Shown here: one piece after another, positions 24,975 to 34,480 of the stretch
Layout of the letters: every line of letters begins with the position of its first letter
How positions within the stretch are numbered: position 1 is the first letter of the stretch
NCBI GenBank assembly: GCA_965248695.1
Contig: CBDFKD010000001.1
Span: forward strand, 1-64,000
Reading direction: 5' to 3'
Length of the DNA: 64,000 nt
Source: Acidobacteriota bacterium
GTDB taxonomy: Bacteria > Acidobacteriota > UBA890 > WLXD01
Program-made: the position numbers and the translations under genes
The notes under the pieces: generated by a model
What the model saw: only the letters and a program-made list of their open reading frames with translations
Database searches by the model: none
What the model was told of the DNA's origin: nothing

Positions 24975-27041
24975 GTGAGGTTTGCACTATCCCGCTGGAT
25001 GATCCCGCTTGGCGTCGCGCTTCTTGTCGTCGCCGTCACCGGCTTGCCGGCCGTTGAGCAGTCGCATGTCCTGACCGCGTTGATCGGCGCCCTGCTACTG
25101 GCGGTGTCGGCGGGATGGTACTGGACCCTGGACGCCCGCGCGCAGCCCGAGCCGCTGGCACGCATGCGAGTCGCCGGCGTTGCCCTCGCCAGTCTCCTGC
25201 TGACGCTGCTGTACGTCTTGTTGGTTGCTGCGGTCGGCCTGCCGGCTGGCCTGGCGCGGTTTCTGTACGCACTGTGCCTGGGCGTGTCGGCGATCGCGCT
25301 CGTGGTGGCGCTCTCTGCGGCCATCGACCTGGCCCAGCTGACCCGGCTGCGCGCCGCGCGCTATCTCGCCGTCCTCGTCCTGGCGGGCGTGGCGTTCACG
25401 CTCGTAGCGACGGTTGCACGCGCTCACCCCGGCGCTGAGCCGAGCTCGTTCACTGATCCGACGTTGGCGCAGGCGTTGCTCGTTGTCTGCGCCGCGCTGC
25501 TCGGCTACATCGCGCCGACCGAGTGGGTACTGGTTCTGGACACCAGGCAACGGTTGGCGGTATTCGTCGGCTGGCTCGTTGCGCTGATGCCTCTGGCCGC
25601 TGCGACGGCGGTCGCGCGCCTGGTGCCGCTGGAGCATCAGCACCTGCTGGTCGCCTTCGTTCGGCTGGCGGCGCTGCTGTGCCTCGTCTACCTGGTGGTG
25701 CTGCTGGCGCGGGCAACGCTGGCGCTGCCGGGCGCCCGCGCCTTTGAGCGCAAGGTCCGTGAGCTGGACGCCATCTATGATTTCAACCTCACCGCTGGCT
25801 CGGCGTTCAACCCGCAAGAGCTCCAAGCCGTGGTGCTCGACTCGATGCTCGCCGTGGCCGAGCCCGACGTCGGCGCCGTGGTCGAGCCCGACCCCACCGG
25901 GCCGGGCTGCTCGTGCGTCCTCCTGCGCGCCGACAGTGGCGAGAAGCATGTCTATCGGTTCAACAGCCGCGCCCCGTGGGCTGCCCTGGCCGAGCGCTTT
26001 AGCGACCGTCGTCCCGTGGTGGTCGCCGATCATCGCAAGGCGCCTCCCGGAGTGCTGGAGCGGATCTGGGAGCCGGAGTCAGGGAGCTCGGTGGTCGTTC
26101 CGGTGATCACGCACGACGGAACGCCGCGCGCGGTGCTGATCGCTGGCCGCTTCGAGACCTACGGCTTTGACAGTGGAGAGGTACGCAGCCTCGCCGGCTT
26201 CGGCAACCAGGTGGCTCTGGCGATGGATCATGCGCGGCTGCTGCGCGACACGGTCGAGGCCGAGCGCCGCCAGCGCGAGCTCGAGATCGCGCGAGAGTTT
26301 CAACTCAATCTGCTGCCGGCGGAGGCGCCGGTGGTGGTCGGAATCGACATTGCCGCCCGCTCCGACCCGGCCACCGAGGTTGGTGGCGACTACTACGACT
26401 ACCTGACGCTGCGAAACGGCAACCTCGGCATTGTGGTCGGCGACGTCTCTGGGCACGGGATGCGTGCCGGGTTACTGATGGCGATGGCCAAGAGCGCCAT
26501 CTATACGCACGGGCAATCCGATGAGTCACCCACTGTGCTGATGGAGCGGCTCAACGAGACGCTGCTCCACATGTCCGCCGACAACCAGTTCATGACGATG
26601 GTGTTCGTCGAGCTGGACCGGAATCGGCGCTCGTATCGATATTCCAACGCCGGCCATCACTATCCGCTACATATCCGCAACGGTTCCGGCACGGTGGAAG
26701 AGCTGGAATCCAACGGTCTGCCACTCGGCATGTTGCCGCGTCCTCCGGGGCCCTTCATCGAGCGCGAATTGGGGCCAGGAGACGTTCTGGTTTTCTACTC
26801 CGACGGTGTTGTGGAGGCCGGCGATCAGGACGGAGAGATGTTCGGTGTCGAGCGACTCGGCGACTTGGTACTTGCGAATCGAGCCCGAGATGCGAAGACT
26901 GTTGTTGAGGCTGTCTTCCGCGCAGTCCACAAGTTCAGCGGGGACGAGCCCCTTGCAGACGACGCTACGATCGTTGTCGTTCGCGCGCTCCAAGACGAAC
27001 CCCTGACGGAGGCAAGCAATGCCGACACGGCGGATGGCTAA
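24975..27041 (+). CDS. Membrane PP2C/SpoIIE-family phosphatase with GAF domain
   Basis: Multiple TMs, GAF, EVGGDYYD, GDVSGHG, YSDG, DDAT. Confidence 0.92.
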   Translation: MRFALSRWMIPLGVALLVVAVTGLPAVEQSHVLTALIGALLLAVSAGWYWTLDARAQPEPLARMRVAGVALASLLLTLLYVLLVAAVGLPAGLARFLYALCLGVSAIALVVALSAAIDLAQLTRLRAARYLAVLVLAGVAFTLVATVARAHPGAEPSSFTDPTLAQALLVVCAALLGYIAPTEWVLVLDTRQRLAVFVGWLVALMPLAAATAVARLVPLEHQHLLVAFVRLAALLCLVYLVVLLARATLALPGARAFERKVRELDAIYDFNLTAGSAFNPQELQAVVLDSMLAVAEPDVGAVVEPDPTGPGCSCVLLRADSGEKHVYRFNSRAPWAALAERFSDRRPVVVADHRKAPPGVLERIWEPESGSSVVVPVITHDGTPRAVLIAGRFETYGFDSGEVRSLAGFGNQVALAMDHARLLRDTVEAERRQRELEIAREFQLNLLPAEAPVVVGIDIAARSDPATEVGGDYYDYLTLRNGNLGIVVGDVSGHGMRAGLLMAMAKSAIYTHGQSDESPTVLMERLNETLLHMSADNQFMTMVFVELDRNRRSYRYSNAGHHYPLHIRNGSGTVEELESNGLPLGMLPRPPGPFIERELGPGDVLVFYSDGVVEAGDQDGEMFGVERLGDLVLANRARDAKTVVEAVFRAVHKFSGDEPLADDATIVVVRALQDEPLTEASNADTADG

Positions 27042-28134
27042 TCGCAGCTCCATCTCATTGGTGCTGACAGGCGCGGCGGCGATGGTCGCAGCGTTCGCTT
27101 TCGCGACAACCCCGGCCGCCGCTCAGGGTGTCGCAGGGCCGGCGGAGGGGGAGTCGATCGCTGACTGGACGATGCGCTGGCTGGACGGCCCGGTATCGCT
27201 GATCGCCACCGGTGACGAGCAGGAGACCTTCAGCGCCTTGAACACGACGCAGGAGCGCCTGCAGTTCATCCGGCTGTTCTGGGAGCGGCGCGACCCGGTC
27301 TTGCGGGGCCCGCGCAACGAGTATCTCGACGAGTTCGAGCGCCGACTGGCGTACGCAGTGGAGAACTTCGAGCCCCGGAGTGGGCCTGCCTGGGATACTC
27401 CCTTCGGTCAGATCGTCATGCATTTCGGTCCGCCGGATCGCACCCGTCGCGAGCTCTCGTACCCGGACGGCTTCTCCACCCGGCCGCCGATCCTGTGGGC
27501 CTACGACAAGAGGTACCCGGGCTTGGAACCGAACGAGATGATGCTGTTCGTCTATCGTTCCGGTCGATGGAAGCTGATGCCTCCCCAACCCATCGGCGTG
27601 ACGGGTATTCCCGAAGAGATGCGGCGAGCCGAAGCGCGCTCGGTGCTTGTGGGAATGCCGACCGAGTACCGGCAGGCCATCGATTTGGCCATCGAGCGCT
27701 CGCTGGTCAACCCGGTCAACTACGAGGCGGCGATCAGCGATGTGCGCAGCGCGGTGATGCTTCCGGACGCCCAGATTCCTTTCGGGTGGTCGACGCGACA
27801 GGCGGCGGCCGACGGCGGCGACGTGGGCGTAGAGGTCGAGCTGACGTTCCGCCTCGATTCCCTCATCTTTCACCTCGTGGATGGCGAATTCACCACCGAC
27901 ATGGTCATCGACGCCCAGCTGCTGAGCGGCGACGAGCCCGAGGCGGTGGCGTCGGAGCGAGTGGTGATTACCATCCCGGAGGCGGACATGGAGGGACGTC
28001 GCGGCGAAACGGTTCAGCGCACGATCACGATGCAGACGGCGCCCGGCGAGTACACGCTCGAGCTGTTGCTGTTGGACCAGTTGCTCGGCTATCGGACGGT
28101 CTACAGGGAGGAGCTCCAGGTACGGTCGCCCTGA
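27019..28134 (+). CDS. GWxTD-domain protein (variant motif AWDTP)
   Basis: FIRLFWERRDP...NEY..EF..RLAYA..NF...G....FGPPD. Confidence 0.8.
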   Translation: MPTRRMANRSSISLVLTGAAAMVAAFAFATTPAAAQGVAGPAEGESIADWTMRWLDGPVSLIATGDEQETFSALNTTQERLQFIRLFWERRDPVLRGPRNEYLDEFERRLAYAVENFEPRSGPAWDTPFGQIVMHFGPPDRTRRELSYPDGFSTRPPILWAYDKRYPGLEPNEMMLFVYRSGRWKLMPPQPIGVTGIPEEMRRAEARSVLVGMPTEYRQAIDLAIERSLVNPVNYEAAISDVRSAVMLPDAQIPFGWSTRQAAADGGDVGVEVELTFRLDSLIFHLVDGEFTTDMVIDAQLLSGDEPEAVASERVVITIPEADMEGRRGETVQRTITMQTAPGEYTLELLLLDQLLGYRTVYREELQVRSP

Positions 28135-29132
28135 GGCTCGAGCCGATCGTCTTGGGCTTGCTGGATCTCCTGTAGCCGCTCCCAGTTGTCCTCCAGGAGC
28201 CGTAGCTCTTCGAGAAAATCTACGTCGATGCCAGCACCGCCGTGCGCCACCGGCACCAGCCGGGTGCCTTTCTCGGCCCGCAGCACACGGGCTCCGTGTC
28301 GCTCGATCCGACGCCGGCTGACGAGCATGGAGAGCGCGTAGCGCAAGGTGCGGCCGATGCGTCCGCGGATGCCGCCGCGTCGCCCGACCTTCTCCATCTC
28401 CTTGGCGACCGACAGAATCAGGGTGTCGACCAAGGCCGACGGTGCGCGGCCGCCGAGCCATGAAGCCACCAGACGCAGCAGACCGAGCAACGCGCCGAGC
28501 TGCTCTTGTTTGCGTACGCCGTACAGCTCGTCCAGTACACGCAGACGATGCAGTCGGGCCGGGATGGCGAGGTTCAGGCCGCTGGCGCGGCCGGACATCT
28601 CGCGCAGGTGAAGGCAGGTTCGACGAAAGAACGGCATGTACTCGGCGTAGGCCTCCTGCAGGGCGACACCGTGAAAATAGTCGGCCCTATCGACCTGAGG
28701 CCCGCAGCTGGCCAGGAAGTCGCGAACTGCCGCCGGGGTAGTGAGCGGATGATCACCGAACAGCACAAGCACCGGCTCATCGGGCTGCGGATCGATTCCC
28801 GTGTAGGCGAGCGACAGATTGGCCGCCAGGGTCGCGCCGGGACGCTGGATCAGCGGCTGGAATCCGTAACGAGCGGGAATTCGGCGCAACGAATGCTCCG
28901 GTGCCAGGATCCACACGCGCGACAGCCCGCACTCCTCCAGAGTGTCGAGCATGTACTCGATGACGAGTCTGCTGCGCAGCCGCAGGAACGCCTTGTTCTC
29001 CAGCGGAACCTCGGGCTCACCGCGTCCGAGCCGGTCCGCACGTCGGCGGCGCCGTCGATCGGAGACGGAATTCGAGCCCGCGAGCACGAGGACCTTGAGG
29101 TCGGAGTCGAACGGGGCGGGTAGGTCAACCAT
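28101..29132 (-). CDS. MobA-like NTP-transferase-domain protein
   Basis: VLVLAG...NKAFL...IEY.LD...GDHPL. Confidence 0.65.
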   Translation of the reverse strand: MVDLPAPFDSDLKVLVLAGSNSVSDRRRRRRADRLGRGEPEVPLENKAFLRLRSRLVIEYMLDTLEECGLSRVWILAPEHSLRRIPARYGFQPLIQRPGATLAANLSLAYTGIDPQPDEPVLVLFGDHPLTTPAAVRDFLASCGPQVDRADYFHGVALQEAYAEYMPFFRRTCLHLREMSGRASGLNLAIPARLHRLRVLDELYGVRKQEQLGALLGLLRLVASWLGGRAPSALVDTLILSVAKEMEKVGRRGGIRGRIGRTLRYALSMLVSRRRIERHGARVLRAEKGTRLVPVAHGGAGIDVDFLEELRLLEDNWERLQEIQQAQDDRLEPQGDRTWSSSL

Positions 29133-29194
29133 GGCGGCGATTATAGCGTTGGGGGCGACCGGCGCTCCGGGGATCTCCGCTGATCCCCAGCGCG

Positions 29195-29899
29195 CTACGG
29201 TGCCGTCGGTGTGACCGGAGCGCGCTGCGCCAGAACCTCGCGCGTGTACGACGGCGCCGCCTGGATCTCGCAGGCGGCGAAGCGCGACAGCATGAGGCGA
29301 ATCTCGGCGTCGACCCAGTTGGTCGGCAACCGTCTGGGGACGGCCGCCGAGGTCACCTGCAGGCTCTGGCGGTCCACGACCTGGTATTGCCGCCGGGTGT
29401 CGAGCCGCCCGTCAGCGTCGAGGAAGACGGCGTGCATCAGGCCGGACTGGCGAAGCAGGCGGTGGCACTCACGGGCGAACTGCCGCGCCAGTACGAACGG
29501 CAGTCGCGAAAGCACGTTCCACGAGCAGATTGCCGAATAGCTACCGTCGTCGAACGGCAAGCGCTGTTGCCGTAGGGTGTCGCTCGAGAGCGTCATCGGC
29601 GTGACCTCGAGCTGTCCAAGGCGTCGGGTCTCGTGCGCGAACAGATCGTAGCAAGTGACGTCGAAACCTCGTTTGGCCCAGAACTGGATGTTGTCGTTGT
29701 TCGTGGGCCCGAGGTCGAGGATTCGCGCCGGCGGCGTCCAGGCGTCCAACCCGCCGGTCATGCGCCACAGGAGGTTCGAGGGATAGGAACGGTTGGGGAG
29801 AAGGTCGTCTCCCGAGCGTTCGGCGATATCCAAGGTGGCGGTCGCGAAGTCACGCGTACGAAGGTCGCGCGAGCCTTTCGTATCGGTGGAGTCGACCAC
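29195..29899 (-). CDS. Class I SAM-dependent methyltransferase-like protein (start uncertain)
   Basis: ILDLGP, LPFDDGSY, ECHRLLRQSG. Confidence 0.7.
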   Translation of the reverse strand: MVDSTDTKGSRDLRTRDFATATLDIAERSGDDLLPNRSYPSNLLWRMTGGLDAWTPPARILDLGPTNNDNIQFWAKRGFDVTCYDLFAHETRRLGQLEVTPMTLSSDTLRQQRLPFDDGSYSAICSWNVLSRLPFVLARQFARECHRLLRQSGLMHAVFLDADGRLDTRRQYQVVDRQSLQVTSAAVPRRLPTNWVDAEIRLMLSRFAACEIQAAPSYTREVLAQRAPVTPTAP

Positions 29900-29960
29900 C
29901 TTCAGCGGTCCGCCCGGCTCGATTCCGAGCGCCGGAAGTCGACGGTCAACGCCCGGTCGC

Positions 29961-30755
29961 TCAGCGCTCGGGCGGAACTGCCGTGTCCACACCGAAGAGG
30001 CCTTGCAGCGCGGCGACCTCATCCGGAAGCAGGCGGAACGACTCGTGTTGGCCGCCCAGCCACTCACTCAGGTCGAACGACTCGCGCATCAGACCCGCAA
30101 CCGAATGGTCCAGCTTGTTGAGCAGGATGTGGACCATCTCGTGGGCTGCAGCGCGGGCGACGACGAGTGGCGCCAAGGCGGGCAGGTAGTCACCGCACTC
30201 AGGGGGTGCGAGCAACGCGATTGCCGGATCCGGTTCGACGCCGGCGGCTACCGCCTGCGCCCGCGCGCGTGTGGCCTCGCGACAGCGCAGCACGGCCTGC
30301 TGGCGAAACCACAGGGCCTGGCGGTAGAACACGAAGCAGTTGCGACCGACGCCTGCGTCGTCGTGTGGCGCCAGCCCGATGACGTTCGAGGGACCGTGGA
30401 ACCATCGTGTCCCGTCCGACGCCAGGATCAGGAAGCGCAGCTCGCCCTGCCGGAGCCGGCGGCGTGGCGAATCGTTGAGCACCCAGCGCACGGTGACACC
30501 GGCCTGAGCACGGAACACTGCCTCGATCTCGGTCTGAATCGTCACCAACTCGTCGCGTGAGACCAGCTGGTGGTCGATGAGGTAGACGACCAGCTCGCCG
30601 TCGCTCTGCGGTTGAGGCCCGGCGCCGAGTGCCGCCGGCGCGCTGCCGATGAGCACGAATACCGCCAGAGTTCCGCAGACAGCCTTGGCGCGGAGTTTTC
30701 CTAGGTCTTTGAGCATGAGTTTCACGATCGCTGAACGGAAAGGTGACGAGCGCAT
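29961..30755 (-). CDS. Secreted zincin-like protein
   Basis: Signal peptide; AHEMVHILL...H...GLM. Confidence 0.65.
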   Translation of the reverse strand: MRSSPFRSAIVKLMLKDLGKLRAKAVCGTLAVFVLIGSAPAALGAGPQPQSDGELVVYLIDHQLVSRDELVTIQTEIEAVFRAQAGVTVRWVLNDSPRRRLRQGELRFLILASDGTRWFHGPSNVIGLAPHDDAGVGRNCFVFYRQALWFRQQAVLRCREATRARAQAVAAGVEPDPAIALLAPPECGDYLPALAPLVVARAAAHEMVHILLNKLDHSVAGLMRESFDLSEWLGGQHESFRLLPDEVAALQGLFGVDTAVPPER

Positions 30756-30848
30756 GCCACTATATCATTCGTCGACTCTGGGACGCCGGAGTGGCACTCC
30801 GCCGGTCCGTGGCCTGGATCACGGGAGTATCCCAGAGCCCGCGGCCCG

Positions 30849-31193
30849 CTAGCCGACTACGGAAACGCCATCCGGCTCCCAGACGAGCTTGTGGTCGCCG
30901 CGGATGCCGTTGTGGATGGCGCCCTCGATGATCTCCACACCCTTGCCCTGAACGAGTGCCTGCAGGGCGCCTGGATCGGCGACGGAGTTCTCGCTGAGAA
31001 CACCGCGCGAGATTTCGAGGCGCAGGGCGAACCCGACGCCGTCGTCGCCAACGACATGGAAGGCGCATAGCGCCTCGTCGTGCTTGGCGCCCTCGCCGGG
31101 CGGGTCCCAGTCCGGGAGGTCGAGACGGATGCGAAACGTCTGCTGTGTCGCGCCGTCTACGAAGATCCACGGTAGCCGCGGTGGCTTCTTCAA
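30849..31193 (-). CDS. Hypothetical protein
   Basis: GGAGG RBS, 114 aa. Confidence 0.65.
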   Translation of the reverse strand: MKKPPRLPWIFVDGATQQTFRIRLDLPDWDPPGEGAKHDEALCAFHVVGDDGVGFALRLEISRGVLSENSVADPGALQALVQGKGVEIIEGAIHNGIRGDHKLVWEPDGVSVVG

Positions 31194-31301
31194 CGTGGGG
31201 TGTCCTCCGAGGGAGCGATCCCGCGTCGCCTCGCGCAGCCTGCCGACGCCGGGTATCGGTTGGGGCGCGAGCCTACACCATCACCATGCCGGGGGTGGCC
31301 T

Positions 31302-32576
31302 TCAAGCGGCTCGGATCAGCCGCACGATGGCGCTTACCGTCGGGCGTTTGCCGGACATGAGCAAGGTGAACCGGAACATCTTCGCCGTCAGCCAGACCAG
31401 TGCCATGGTTGCGGCCAGCAGTAGCAGAATGCCGAGCCAGATCTCCCACGTCGGGGGTGGCAGGACGTTGATTCGCGCCAGCATCACCAGCGGCGTCGCG
31501 GGCGGGAACAGCGAGATCAGACGGGTGATCGTGGCGGTCGGATTGGTGATCGCGTAGAACACGAACATCAAGCTGAACACCATCGGCATTACCAGCGGAA
31601 ACGCGATCTGCTGAAGCTCTTCCGACGAGGTGCAAGTCGAGGCAGCCGCCGCGTAGATGACCGAGTAGAACGTGTAGCCGAGCAAGTACAGGATGGCGAA
31701 GTAGAACATCAGCGACGGATCGAAGAATTCCAACAGGTCGGTGCCCTGCATCGCCGCGCCCATCGCCAGAGCGGGAAGGACCACCAGCCCGACGACCATC
31801 GCCAACAGGGCCCAGATGGCCAGTTGAAGAAGGCTTGCGGCGAGCACGCCGAGGATCTTGCCGGAGATGAACTCGGTCGACGTCACGGCGCCGAGTATGA
31901 GCTCTATCAGCCGCGTAGATTTCTCTTCGATGATCGAATTGCCCATTTGCTGGCCGCCGATCAGAACGGTCATGTACAGCAGCATCGCCAGCATGAACGT
32001 GCTGACGTAGGCACGCGCGAAGCCGCCTTCCTCCTCGCCGTCAGCGGACACTGTGATCGCCTCGAGATCCCACGCAATCAGCGCGTTGATGCGGTCCGAT
32101 TGCAGGCCGCTGCCCTGCAGGTAGTCCTCCAATGCGACCCGGCGAACCGCGCGTTCGAGCCTGCTGCTGACCACGAGGTTGCCCGTCTCCCGCGCGTAGT
32201 AGCGGCCCCGGAGGCCGAGCTCCTCGTCGGGCTCCAAAAGCAGATAGCCGTCGAGAGTCTCGTCAACGATCTGTTGTTGGAGCGACGTGGTGGCATCCGT
32301 GATTTCGGATGCTGCGAGCGAGCGCACCGCGGTGACCTCGAGGGTGAAGTCGTCGATCTCGGCGAGACGATCAGCGATCTGCGAACCGCTACCGGTACCG
32401 ACGTCGACGACGGCAATGCGGAGCTCCTCGATGTCGGCCCGCTGCAGCAGGCTGGGAATGAAAACCCACATCGACATGAATACCGGAACCAGCAGGGTTC
32501 CGATTACGAACCACTTGTTGCGCACCTTGGCGATGAACTCCCGCCGAGCAATATTGAATACCTGCGTCACGCTCAT
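31302..32576 (-). CDS. ABC-2 transporter permease (NatB-like)
   Basis: IARREF, IIEEKSTRLIE...GKILG, TMs. Confidence 0.9.
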   Translation of the reverse strand: MSVTQVFNIARREFIAKVRNKWFVIGTLLVPVFMSMWVFIPSLLQRADIEELRIAVVDVGTGSGSQIADRLAEIDDFTLEVTAVRSLAASEITDATTSLQQQIVDETLDGYLLLEPDEELGLRGRYYARETGNLVVSSRLERAVRRVALEDYLQGSGLQSDRINALIAWDLEAITVSADGEEEGGFARAYVSTFMLAMLLYMTVLIGGQQMGNSIIEEKSTRLIELILGAVTSTEFISGKILGVLAASLLQLAIWALLAMVVGLVVLPALAMGAAMQGTDLLEFFDPSLMFYFAILYLLGYTFYSVIYAAAASTCTSSEELQQIAFPLVMPMVFSLMFVFYAITNPTATITRLISLFPPATPLVMLARINVLPPPTWEIWLGILLLLAATMALVWLTAKMFRFTLLMSGKRPTVSAIVRLIRAA

Positions 32577-33544
32577 GACGCTCCCGCCTCGCTCACCAGC
32601 TCACCCTCCTCGGTGAGCACCAACTGCGGGTCCCCCTCGGCGCGGTGTCCCACCTTGTCGAGGAAGATCTCCTCCATGGACGGCTGCTCGGCACTGAACG
32701 AGCTCAGCTGGACACGCTCCAGCAGCGCGCCCAACAGAACCTGTGTGTCGGCTCCGGGTTCCAGCTCCAACCGCGCTGACCGCCCGGAATCATTGATCTT
32801 CGCCACGCCGGGCAATCCGTTCAGCCCGTCGCCCGATCCGTCGTACTGGATGGCCAGCGTGTTGCGGCCGTGCGCTGCGCGCACGTCGCTGAGCGCGCCG
32901 TTGAGCACCAAGTCGCCGCGATGAATCAGCCCGACGAAATTGCACATTGCTTCGACCTGCTCCATGCGGTGCGACGACAGGATCACGGTGCAGCCGCGCT
33001 CGTTCTGTTCCAGGATCAGCTCCTTTAGCAGCCGCGTGTTGATCGGATCGAGCCCGGTGAACGGCTCATCGAGGACGACCAGCTCGGGCTCGTGAATCAC
33101 CGCCGCGGCGAACTGCACCTTCTGCTGCATCCCCTTGGAGAGCTCGTTGGTGGCCGACTTGGTGCGATCCCCGAGCTCGAGCCGTTCGAGCCACGCCGTA
33201 GCCCGGCGGGTTGCCTCGGCGTGGCTCAGGCCACGGATGGTTCCCAGGAATGAGAGTTGCTCGAGCACCTGCATCTTGGGGTACAGGCCGCGCTCCTCCG
33301 GCAGGTAGCCGACGCGAGCCCGAATCTCCAGCGGGTCCTTGGATCCGAGCAGTCGGACCTCGCCGCGGTCGGGCAGATAGATGCCCAGACAGGTACGGAT
33401 CGTGGTCGTCTTGCCGGAACCGTTCGGACCCATGAGGCCGAAAATGCAGCCGGTCGGCACCTCCAGGTCAAGCGAGTTGACGGCGACGACGCCGTCGAAC
33501 TCCTTCACCAGGCCAGTCGTCCGAAGTGCGGGCTGCTCAGTCAT
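32573..33544 (-). CDS. ABC transporter ATP-binding protein
   Basis: GPNGSGKTT, LSKGMQQK, LDEPF. Confidence 0.93.
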   Translation of the reverse strand: MTEQPALRTTGLVKEFDGVVAVNSLDLEVPTGCIFGLMGPNGSGKTTTIRTCLGIYLPDRGEVRLLGSKDPLEIRARVGYLPEERGLYPKMQVLEQLSFLGTIRGLSHAEATRRATAWLERLELGDRTKSATNELSKGMQQKVQFAAAVIHEPELVVLDEPFTGLDPINTRLLKELILEQNERGCTVILSSHRMEQVEAMCNFVGLIHRGDLVLNGALSDVRAAHGRNTLAIQYDGSGDGLNGLPGVAKINDSGRSARLELEPGADTQVLLGALLERVQLSSFSAEQPSMEEIFLDKVGHRAEGDPQLVLTEEGELVSEAGAS

Positions 33545-33701
33545 GGGTCGACGGTAGCCTCGGGGCCTTGCCCCCACAAGCCGCCTCCGCTCGGGCGGCG
33601 GCGCAGACCACTGGACGGTTCGCCGCCGCCGCTGAGCGGTAGATGCAACAAAGGCCGGGAATGTCGCCGACATCCCCGGCCAAGGTCACGCCGAAAAGAG
33701 C

Positions 33702-34316
33702 TCAGCCGCTGGCTTGCGCCCGCCGACGGTCGACCTCATCCCAGTTGACGACGTTCCAGAATGCGCCGATGTAGTCGGGGCGCCGATTCTGGTAGTTCAG
33801 GTAATAGGCATGCTCCCAGACGTCCAGCCCGAGGATAGGCGTGTGCCCCTGCATGTGCGGGGAGTCCTGGTTGGCGGTCGAGTAGCACTGCAGGGCGCCA
33901 TCGCCGTCGACGACTAGCCATGCCCAGCCGCTACCGAAGCGGGTGGCGCCGGCCTTCGAGAAGGCGTCCTTGGAGGCGTCGAAGCTTCCGAACGCGGCGT
34001 CGATCGCCGCAGCGAGATCTCCGCCCGGCGCGCCGCCTGCGTCCGCTGACATGATCGACCAGAACAGTGAGTGGTTGGCGTGGCCGCCACCGTGATTGCG
34101 CACCGCGCCACGGATGCCCTCGGGCACCGAGTCGATACCGCCGAGCAGGTCGGGAAGGCTCTTTCCCTGGAGGTCGTCATGGCCGTCCAGTGCGCCATTC
34201 AGTCCGGCGACGTAGGCGGCATGGTGCTTGTCGTGGTGAATCTCCATCGTGCGCGCGTCGATATGCGGCTCGAGCGCATCGAAGGCGTATGCGAGATCGG
34301 GAACTTCATGGGCCAT
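33702..34316 (-). CDS. sodA: Superoxide dismutase (Mn-type signature)
   Basis: [24 protein letters not shown]. Confidence 0.92.
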   Translation of the reverse strand: MAHEVPDLAYAFDALEPHIDARTMEIHHDKHHAAYVAGLNGALDGHDDLQGKSLPDLLGGIDSVPEGIRGAVRNHGGGHANHSLFWSIMSADAGGAPGGDLAAAIDAAFGSFDASKDAFSKAGATRFGSGWAWLVVDGDGALQCYSTANQDSPHMQGHTPILGLDVWEHAYYLNYQNRRPDYIGAFWNVVNWDEVDRRRAQASG

Positions 34317-34480
34317 CGAAGGGTCCTCCATCGGATAATCGCGTGGGGCCGGCGCCGCGGGTCAGCTGATCCATCGAGCTCCCGCTCCACGGCAGCAAGG
34401 CTTGCCGGCGCCGTTGTCTGACGCCGGCACGGTTACGGGAGCCGCGACGGCATCCTCTCATATCCTCGCCGCGACGGCGA

